Part shown: positions 12,520-22,713 of the stretch, in pieces
Position numbering within the stretch: the stretch's first letter is position 1
Layout of the letters: every line of letters starts with the position of its first letter
Assembly: GCA_038496445.1 (NCBI GenBank)
Contig: JALMLS010000334.1
Location: forward strand, 186,001-250,000
Length of the DNA stretch: 64,000 nt
From: Trichosphaerium sp. ATCC 40318
Lineage: Eukaryota; Protista; Tubulinea
Reading direction: 5' to 3'
Program-made: the position numbers and the translations under genes
The notes under the pieces: model-generated
What the model saw: only the letters and a program-made list of their open reading frames with translations
Told to the model about the DNA's origin: nothing
Databases searched by the model: none

Positions 12520-15500
12520 ATGACTGCAGAAGATACGGTACTAGAAAAACTCAAAGAAACAGTAACGTAGGTATGCTTAGAAGTGTTTTAGGATCAAGAG
12601 AATCTTGCAGTGCAGGTGGCACTACAAGAGGTCGAAGAAGAGGGTAAGTATAACCACATAATGCTCCGTGTAACGTTGGTGTAGATGATATCCCTGAAGT
12701 CGGTCAGTTACTCGGAAGTGATCCTTACAGAGAACTCATACGGAGCCGCGGTTTGAAGGTACCACAGTCGCTTTTCAAGCGAAGCTCGCCGTTTTTAAAA
12801 TTTTTCGCTTCAACAACTGTGTTTAACGCTTGGTATATAGGGTTACTTTAATAAATTGTGTTATTGGAAGGTATCTACGGAGTATTTTTGTATCTACCAC
12901 TAACAAAAAAACTTCTAGCCATCAATCTTTGCCTTGCCTATTTCTCATTTTGTATTCTGGAACTTACTACTCATGAGCTTGTTTCGTACGTCTTTCCTTC
13001 GACACAACGCCTCTTCAACCCAAACCTCAGAAAAAAAAATTCCTCAAATCACGTGATTCTTGCTAAAAATATCACGTGATTGAGAACCCCGCGATCTTTT
13101 TTGGTTGTTGCTAAAAAAATTGTAGTTGGATTCAAGTTTGGACCATCAAAGGGCCTTAGAATACTCAACGTTAATATCTACAAATACGTTGTATTTGTGT
13201 GGATCAGTTTTAATGTGTTTGCTGTATCTATCTCGGTTTTCCTTTGTGTTATTCGTATCATACAGTTTGTGATACCTACGCAACGCGTAAGCGCCCTCTC
13301 CCTCTTCTACCATCATTTTATTCATTTAAAATTAGGTCGCTTTTTATACTTCTGGGCTTGAGCGTTCAGCTGGTTTTATCACGTGGGGTAAGAGCTTCTT
13401 TTGGCGCGAACGCGCGTCGATTAGATTATCGTTTTAACTTTTTTTTCAGCTATAACTGTAAACATTTACTGGTTCAAGATTTTGCCTGCTATGGATCACA
13501 AAGGTATTACTTTATCGCTACGTCTAAACAACGCATAAGCTGATAGTCTTTTCTTCTTCTTAAGGTTACAAATGGTTCGATATTGCAACATGGATCCTAT
13601 TAATTATCGGCGTTACTTGGATGTTTAACCACTTTCTCATCAAAATTTTGATTGGTATGTTGTCGTCTCTTACATCAATTGTGATAATCTCTAATTCTAT
13701 TATTAGAATGGGTACGCCATAAAGAGTTGATGGAGGTTCAAATCAAAGAACGCTGCATGGAAGCCGTTGATGTAAGTGCCAGAAAAAACTATTTTGATTT
13801 TCGGGACAGTTTTTTGCTAACATTTCTTTTAGCACTTGAGCAACTTTGGCACAAAGCAGCTGAAAAAAGATTATGCTATGAATATGTACTCTTACATATC
13901 TACTGGTAAAGCAGCCGAAAACGCTTTTGAATTCGATAGTATCGAAGATTGTGTTACTTCAAGCAAAAGGGTACACAAAAAAACTCGATTTCTAAGTAAT
14001 CTTTTTATTCATCAAGTGTTTTTAGTTCTTCAAAAGGTTTAACCAAGGAAGAAAAGACCCATGCTTCACAGAAGAGGATTTCGTTATTCTCTACGGAGAG
14101 GGTTCAACCAGACGTGATGAGGTAAGGATTCAGTCCCATCGTAGACTCGAAGAGCTAACAACACAATAGGAGTTCGCCAAGGACCTATTCCCAATGTTCC
14201 GTCAGGTACGTATCTTGACAGACAACAATAGTTATTGACCCCTCTATCTAGAGTAGAAGAGGTAGAATCGATGAGGACGACTTTCTTGGTACGACTTCAA
14301 CAATAACACTAGAATCTAACGCGCGTTTTAGAGTCAATGATAAAGATGTACAAAGAACAGAGAAGACGTGTTGATAACCTCGAGAATTCAGCTGAGTACG
14401 ACTTTTTTTACTTTATTTTGAGACAACGCTAACTTGGTTTCTTAGTATCTCTGGTGTAATGTCTCGTACATTGACACCAATTGTATGGTTCATTGCTTTT
14501 ATAATTTGTTTGTGGGTTGCCGGTCTTGATGTGTACGTTATATCCTGACAAAGAAGAATCTTTGCTGACAGATTTTATAGATACAGTTTGCTTCTTCCAT
14601 TCTCTGGATTTTTCTTGGCAACTACTTTCGTCTTTGGTGCGTATCTTTTGAGCTACCCTTACAAGATTTCGTCTGACACTCTTTTTAAGGATCAACACTC
14701 GCTCAAGCGTTCCAGTCACTCATCTTCTTGCTTTTCGGTAAGTTCAATTTTTTTATTCGTGGAACTTACCATTTTGTCAAAACAGTTGATGCCTTCAATG
14801 TTGGTGATTTTATCAAAGTGGACGGTATTGTTGCTAAAGTAGAGACAATCTCTTTGATGGTAACAACAGCAAGAAACCCTGATGGACGTTTGTACCAGGT
14901 AAGTTTCAATATCACGGCAACACCGCCTTTTGTTTTGGCGTGGGTTTTTTTTTTTCAAATCCTAAACGGCTAAACCATTATTAGTTCCCAAATCCTGTTC
15001 TCTCAAAGAAGGTTATCAACAACCTCACACGCAGTTATGACTACACCTTTAATGAAAAGGTTGGTGTATCTGCAAGCACCAAAGAAGCGCTAATCACCAA
15101 ACTCGAAAAGGTACTTAAAGAAGCACCTTCCCTTTTTTTTCGATTCCTTGTTTTTTCTTAATACTACTTCTCACCACTACGCGCGTAGCAATGGAAAAAA
15201 TACATCAGCACCCACCAACAAATGTGGGATCAAGATTCCGCTTTCTTGCGCGTTGGTGGCCTTGAGACAAACAACACATACCAAGTACACTTCTGGGTCA
15301 TTGGTAAGTTCCAACCATGGGAATTCGCTGGCGGTAAAACTGGATGGTTGAACAAGAGGTCCGACATGTTGAGAGCCATTCGTAAATCCCTCGGAGATGT
15401 ACGAAAAAAAAAAACTGACTGCCGCACTTATAACATGGCTTACCTCCTTCTTTTTTTCTTATAGCTTGGCATCACATACGAGTTCCCTGTACAAGCTGTT

Positions 15501-15611
15501 AAGCTCATGAAAGAAGGCGAAAATGCGCCACAACAAGGTGACGACCAAGATGATGATGGAGATGAAGATGATGATCAACAAACAGAAAAATTGATTACAG
15601 TTGGCGCTTAG
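12520..15611 (+). CDS. MscS-like (MSL) mechanosensitive ion channel, eukaryotic type
   Basis: Several TM segments, an EF-hand-like stretch (EEGRIDEDDF) and the MscS core DAFNVGDFIKVDG..VETISLMVTT..PDG...VPNPVLSKKVINNLTRS; acidic C-terminal tail. Confidence 0.85.
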
Positions 15612-16445
15612 ATTTAATCATGACATCAACCAAAAAAAAAAAAACAGAGAATCGAGTATTATTAATAATTTAAAAGTTGAGACTTTCTTTTGAATGAAAT
15701 AAACTCGGTACACATCACACCTTCACAAACTTTGTGTATTAGAATGGTAATATTTTTTGCCTGACAAATGAAGAGAAGTTTGAGTGTTTGTGAGGTTCCC
15801 AAGATTAACCTTACCGTTAAACTGTTGGTCATTGAAACTGGTACTTGGAATGAATCCCATTAGTCCTTCGACGATGAGCGAATGTTGCTCCAGATAGTGC
15901 CACAGGGTTGTCTTCTGCGCGAAGGGAATCCTCATAACCTTTAAATCATCAGGGCTTTGCAAATCATAAGGAACATTTGGCTGGTTTAACAATTAGTTCA
16001 CCTAAAAGTAACGTGCAACGGTCGTTTTCTACTTTTCCGAATATCCTCCAATTCTCCTTTGAACAATACGAAATGAGCATATACCCATCTTTAACGTAAG
16101 TACACTGTGTTGGAGCAAATGAAATCACCAAATAAACTACAACTGGTTTAACAGAATTAATGGTTTTGATAATGTTGCTAATCCAATACAGTTTTTTAAA
16201 CCGTACTACACCTTTCATTTGTCTCAAATCAAAGGCAGGCACCCACTGTATCAAAGTAGATGTTTGCGAGCATGAAAAGAAGTACGAGTCTTGATACTAG
16301 CAATGGTAGCGATACCAGAAACCAACCTATTCAAACTGATGAAAGAACAATTTTTGAAAACTAGCACTCTTTTTGGGAAGATAAGTAAAAAAGGGTGCTT
16401 GGGATGAAGGGTAAAGTTTATTACTTTAAGGAACAGACACGTTGT

Positions 16446-17622
16446 CTAACAAGATCTTTCGACTTCACAGTCATCAGTGTCTGAGTTGGTTTTACAAACA
16501 TCTCTTCCACTTCCACCTTTGACATCTGGTTCATTTCCGACATTACAAACAGTGATTCTATCTCTTCCTGGATATACAAATTAATATGAAGACATGCAAC
16601 AATCTAGGTTTCTTTTGTACTTACCATCATCACCGTTTACATCTCCATCAACCTCAGAGATACCAACTAACCTGATCTTGTCATTTCCGTCTTCGCCGTT
16701 AACATCTCCATCTACAGATGATGTGCGTCCAGATCCGAATATGTGGTCGTTTCCTTGTCCTCCTTTGATAGATCCATCGATTTCAGTGTTTACAAATGAG
16801 ATACAGTCGTTTCCATCATCGCCTTTTAAACAGGTTAGAAATAGTTGTAATGGTGTCAGTGACGACATGATCATACCTAGAATATCATCGTCAAATTCTG
16901 ATTCCATTGCATCCAAGCAATCATCACCTGATCCCATCTCACATTTATCTGCTGAAGTATCGACAAATGAAAAACAGTCATCTCCATCTAAACCACAGTA
17001 CAATAAGTAAACGTTGTCTATTCAGAACTGATAAAGAAACAACATACCTCCACCAATGACGTCATCATCAATATCAGAGTTTGATGAAGAGAAGAAATCA
17101 TTTCCTGATCCGAGTTTAATTTGTTCAGTCTCTGCATCGTTTGTGAGTGTCACACAATCTCTACCAGATCCTATTGATCGTCAGTTATCACATTATTTCA
17201 AATTGGAAACTGTGAAGGTTTAGAACACGTACCAGTATTGATTTCACCTTCAACTTCTCCATTGTCGATTTCAACAACATCATTTCCACCGTTTGACTTG
17301 ATACTTCCACTCACTTTGCCTCCTCGCTCAACGCGGACACACAAAGGATTGTTTCCTTGAGATAATATGTCGCCATCGACTTCACCTCCAGCTGTAACGA
17401 TAATACAACGGCCAACGATGTCGTCTTGAACAAACGGTAAGATAAAATGCAATGGAAGGTAAGTGTACCGTCTCTTTCGTTGTCGACGACAATACAGTTA
17501 CGTGTAAAGTCACAGGTGTTAGGACATGTACAGCTTGTACAACATCTTCTTGCTTGAGCCGAGAATACGACACAAGAAAGATAGATTGCAACGAATAGTA
17601 CGAATTTTTGGTTTGTTGTCAT
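16446..17622 (-). CDS. Secreted Cys-rich protein with RTX/hemolysin-type Ca-binding repeats (GGxGxD-like)
   Basis: Signal peptide, then CCxxCxC; repeats SNGGNDVV, TGSGRDCV, LGSGNDFF, MGSGDDCL, GDDGNDCI, GGQGNDHI, GEDGNDKI, GGSGRDVC; ends TDDCEVERSC*; GT-AG introns. Confidence 0.8.
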
Positions 17623-18491
17623 GCTTTTGCAGTTGTTGTTTGTTGTTTGTTATTTTATGTTTTATGTTTTATGATTCAGTTTGTTGTGATTCAACGTATC
17701 AGGTTTTGGTTGTGAAACCCAGATTTGAGTAACTTTCACGTGATTTATTCACATGAATAGATAACATCAACATTTTAAGATTGTCTCATTCGTACCGTTT
17801 TCTCTTATCTAGTTGTTTGATCGCTTACATTGTTCGTTGGGTGACCATTTTAAATCAAAAAAGATAAAAAATAAAAAAAGTTAAAAAAGGAACACACTTT
17901 GGGCAAAATTACCTTGGCGCTCCTAAGAAGCACGAGCAATACATGGTCAAGTATACCCATGAACTCGTAACAACTGTTTCTTTAAATCCGATCTTGCACC
18001 GACAACAGAAACCACGTGAATGGTTTGATCTTCGTCATGTTTGACAAAGAATAAATTCTCCGTTATCCCCAAATCTCTTTAAAATCGACTGAGGGTTAAT
18101 ACTTCACAGAGGTTTTTTTATCTTTTCTTCGATACACAAAATGAGGAAGTTCCAATCTCCTACAGATATTCATGCGTTTTTTTTGTCTTCGGCTTTTTTT
18201 CTCGCCCATCCTCTGCCCAATATCGTATTGGGTATGTACACAGTATGGTTATACTTCAATAAAGTAGAATCTGTTGCACATGAAATAACAGAAAGCAGTC
18301 ATTGGTTGTTTATCATCGCAATCTCTTGCCACGTAACTCTTGCTAATGTACTACTTCAGTAAGAGGAAGCTTGATAGGTACGTACCACAACATGGTTCAA
18401 AGTATCGCTGACGCTCCACAACGGTCATGTTATAAGCCAACTCTTGCAAATTCTTGCAAGCCTCTCTTCTAAACTGTAAACTCCTCAAAAC

Positions 18492-18692
18492 AAAAAAAAA
18501 GTAGGATCAGAAATCCGAAAGCCAATATCTCAAACCTTAGCCCGCTAAGGCACCTCACCCCCACGAAGCTAATATCAGCCAGACAATATTATAGCGATAA
18601 CACAATCTGGCGACATACAAGACTTCACCATGGGGCAAGGTAGTGTCAGCCTGGACTGAGCCGTAGTCCTGAGAACAGTTTTACGAACCTAC
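18492..18692 (-). ncRNA. Candidate structured non-coding RNA (~190 nt), family unassigned
   Basis: Nested helices with many G-U pairs that form only on the minus strand, 5'/3' terminal pairing (GTAGG/CCTAC) and a T9 run immediately downstream; lies in a stretch with no convincing ORF. Confidence 0.5.
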
Positions 18693-19498
18693 CCACAGTA
18701 GAATAAATCAATGCACTTTTGTATTTCACATTTCTGTTGTGAAAAAATTGTGGTACTAGTAATATTCCACCACAGGGTGCACCACGAGGTTTTAGAAAGC
18801 TATTGTGCAAAGAGTATTTTTAGCAATTGTGTTTTTGTGTTTTTTGACTAGAATTGCATGGAAGCTTACTGAGATTGTGTTCTAGAGGCTAGTGAGTTGT
18901 TGTGAGGTTTTTTAAGTTTGTTTGCTCTCATTTGTTTTGTAAATGGCGAACCAGGCTTCTACTACCTCGAATCAGTATAAATACCCATTAGGAACAACAC
19001 TTTTGTAGGAACAAAATTAGGAACAGCAAAAGTTGAAACGTGTTGATAAAAATGTACTGCCAGTAATAAAGGAAATCAAGGGAGCATATGACGTTTGTCT
19101 AAGTGGCCTAAAGAATCTTGGCTAAAACATCCCGAGTAACTCTTTCGACAAACCTTTCTCCACAGGCCGAATGGTAATGGCTAATGACGGAACACAAGAA
19201 AAACTCTTTTTAGACCATCGTTTCATAAGAATGGCACAAGTCACCATGGAGGTTTTTAAACGTTTTAGTAAGTTTGATCCATTGCAGTGACAGTCGCGTC
19301 TATTCCAGCTGCTCCTCTATTACGTGTTGCAACACAGTAGAGGTGCTGGAATGTAAGGAAAAACCAAGAAAACACATGTGAATATATAAACTGCTGTATA
19401 TTTCCGCCACCAAGTCACTGCCTAAAAATAAGCCTTTTTATTGAGTTTAAGCGACTAGGTTTAGACACGTTCATTGTTAAAAAGTGATAAGTTTACAA

Positions 19499-21304
19499 TT
19501 ATTTGCCATTAGGGGTTTGTGCGCTACTCCAAGCTAAGGAGCTCTCTTTTATACGTCCCAAATGGTTCAAATAAACATATACATCACTTCCAAAACCATC
19601 CATACTAAGCATATCCAAGTCACCTCCAAAATAGCGTGCATAAACACGTGATACTGGTAATCCAAAACCTGTAAACGTGTTATTTTTCCCTGTTATATTT
19701 TTTTATTGCAGTTTAATGTACCATATCCTGCCATTGCATCGTGTGTTGTTGCAGTGGAAGGTTCTGTAGCCTCTATCAATAATCGTTAGTATGCTATCAA
19801 ATATTAACATATCGTAACCTGTGGAGATGCCATCCATGTTAGCTGTGGTATAGAAGTAACTAAATCAATATAAACAAAATAAGCAAAAACTTTGAATAAC
19901 ATACTCCCAAATCTTATCAATATTGCTTCGCTTTATGCCACCCTTTGAGTTTTTGAGTATTAAAACACTAAAAGCTTAAATCGTACCCCTTTATCATGAA
20001 CCTTGAGAGTTATATCTTCCTTACCCTTGGCAATGATAATCTTGACAGGTGGTAGATCCTAAGGCACTTTTAGCAAACACAAAACAAAATCACAGGGCAC
20101 GTACGATTTCGCCTGAATGGTGCTCCAATGTAGCTCGTAGAGAATTCTTGAGCAATTCGAATAGGATATAATACAAATGAGAATCAGGAAATGAAAAAGT
20201 TTGGTTCAGTTCTCCAAGAACAAGAACCTCAGGTGACTCTCTATAGGAAAAAAGAAAATAATAAGAATACCAATAGGTTAAAGAAAAAGCTGCTAAGCTA
20301 CCCATAAGTTAACTCGCATATGCTCGTAGCCTCTCCAATAGCTACAACGGATTAAAGTCATAAAAAAGTATTATGTTTACCTTGCTCAGCGACATGTGCT
20401 GGATTACATTCCATTTGAATTGCACCTACATACCCAGGTCGAGAGAATTTAGGATCATCAACAAGGCTGAAATGTTGAATCTAAAAGCACCATAAACAAG
20501 AAAGGAAATCAAATTAGGTGTCATTTTACACGTGTAAAATATTGAGTTATTAAAAAAAACCCTTACTTGTAACATATCTGTACTCAACCTACCATTAACA
20601 AAGGTGTCAATCATCGGTTTGACTCCAGATTCCATAATCTCTTCAAAATGTTAAATGAGGTAAATTTGGTAAATGAAATTGGTGGGAATTTATGTGGTAC
20701 CATTCGAATGTTTGCCATGTCGTAGAGCATGTTCATGAAACCCACGTGCTAGAAGAGGTATCGCATCTTTAAGTCGCGTACGTATTGTTCTTACAGACTC
20801 AGTGAATTCGTCCATTTGAGCCACTACAACACAGTTTCTGTTAGTTTCTATTGAATTCTAGAATTTCTTGCCTGTCTCTGGGTAAGGCAACTTTAGAAGG
20901 TCATCAAAACTCTTAACGTAGTTATCACGAAGCGTATTGACGCTCACCATATCTAACCACGCTGTCAGTAATAAATCTACTCAAACGTGCTCAGAAATCA
21001 AACCTGTTAGTCTCCCAGGTAAAGCATTCAATAGGGTAATGCTCTTAGCGTATCTGACGCGAAGTTCATTATGCTACAAAACAGTTAAACTTTTGTTATA
21101 ACGTTATAATTTCGTAGTCGTACAAGGAACTGACACGATATCTTAGCACTCTCGGGAGTACTTGAAACCGTTAACATGTAAAACAAGTCACACAGCGTAC
21201 GGATTAGTCCCAAATTTAACTAGGTCACGGAGAGATACTCTATAACGCTCCTGTTGTCCGTATGAGCGTATCTGGGAAGCCAACCGTGTACTAGCACTTA
21301 TCAT
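19499..21304 (-). CDS. PDK: Mitochondrial pyruvate dehydrogenase kinase / BCKD kinase family
   Basis: VSLRDLVKFG, HLYYILFELLKNSLRAT (N box), HDKGG (G1), YFYTT and [36 protein letters not shown] (G2). Confidence 0.92.
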
Positions 21305-22713
21305 GATGGCCAACAATTAGAGAAATAAAGCTTTCTGGATTGTTATGGCGTGAACTACTCTTTTTGGCTTAAGTCATTTGTCACAAAACGTTAGCAGTTC
21401 CAAGTCAAACTTACGACGAACAAGCAACTAAGCGAATGTTTTAAGGATACTAAAAGTAAGCGTGTCACGTGCGCAAACCTAACATGCAAGAAATGATGGT
21501 AAAACAAGTGAGCCATAGAGAACTTAGACTCAACTCTAAGCTTGTAAAGAGCCACATTAGTATTTGTTTAAGTACAAACCAAAGACCAAGGTCTTAAGTT
21601 TTTGTACAACAGTTCTACTTTAAATCTCAAACAAATCATAACAGCTACGGAAAGAGCCGCCTTCGCAGCTGCGTAATCATTACAGTTAACACTAAGTAGA
21701 TTGCGGCTTCGATAAGCAATTCTAACCAAGCTGGGCTATTTATGCCTATATTGTCTATTGTCGATAGACACAACATGGCACACCACCTAGAAACGGAGAC
21801 CATACACTGCAAATCAGTTGTTTTATTTGACAAAACTGCGAGTACGGCAATGTAACTCCTAGCGCATCATGACGCCAAACCTTGGTTGTTCCTTTACAGA
21901 CAAGTAAGTTCCTCATGAAACGCTTCTCAATAATATTACCTATTTAAAGCACTAGCGTCTTGTAAAACTGCACAATACCGAAAGACGTTCTGACTTTTCT
22001 CCAAACAATCCCGAAGTTTTTTTTTTCCTTATTAATATCACGTGATAAACTAACAGGATCTAGATGTTCTTTTGTGCTTGGATAGATTTTATGGTTTTAT
22101 TCCGCTATAATTCACAATAACAGCATATACGCCAGTGATCAAAAGGAGGTAGTGCCCTAACTGCGCTGAGTTTTTGTCACTTCCAAGCAGAAGTTCCTTT
22201 ATAACTATTTAGTCTCTATTCTCATACAAAACGAGCATACTCATCTGTGACGATTATATATCGTTTAACTATTGTTACGTCTGCCTTGTGCGTGCATCGT
22301 AACAGAAGTAAAAGATCGTGCACCAGAATCCCTTTACAAATATCAAGGTAACGCAATGAAGTTATTGAAAGGCTTCAGTGGCGTATTTTGGCAGTTCGCA
22401 ATCTCAATTTCTTTGTTGGCGTTAATTGAAGTTCTCAACTTACGTTTGAGACCCTCGTTGAAAGTACCTTATAATCAATACTAAACATAGTGTGGGATAG
22501 CGGAGCAATTGTGCTTCGCTCTAAGGAAGGGTGGAAGGCTTCGTGTGTTTGTGATATTTCAAGATTAATAAAATTCAATACCAACGTAGTACCTATCTTA
22601 AGGGGACTTGAAACTTCCTCTTGGCGGCAACTACACGCCACAAAAAGCAAAGACAACACCAAATTACACCCTTTTTTTTTATTTTCGTAAGCAATCTATT
22701 TGACTATCTCTAA

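Noticed and set aside
15723-16300. Two minus-strand ORFs (89 and 96 aa) between MscS and the RTX-repeat gene
   Set aside because: I could not build a consistent ATG-to-stop spliced model or recognise any motif; a small gene is possible but unsupported.
18500-18700. TPP riboswitch (TGAGA ... CTGATC on minus; CTGAGA ... GAACCT on plus)
   Set aside because: The P4/P5 arm and GCG element required by the aptamer are absent on both strands.
19345-19375. GTAAGGAAAA resembling the U12 snRNA branch-pairing region
   Set aside because: The upstream TGCCTTAAAC-type 5' end and an Sm site are missing.
21575-21890. RNase P-like P4 pairing (AAAGACCAAGG / CCTTGGTT) with AGAAA
   Set aside because: It lacks the invariant bulged U and the CR-IV/CR-V consensus, and the 5' half forms its own local hairpin.
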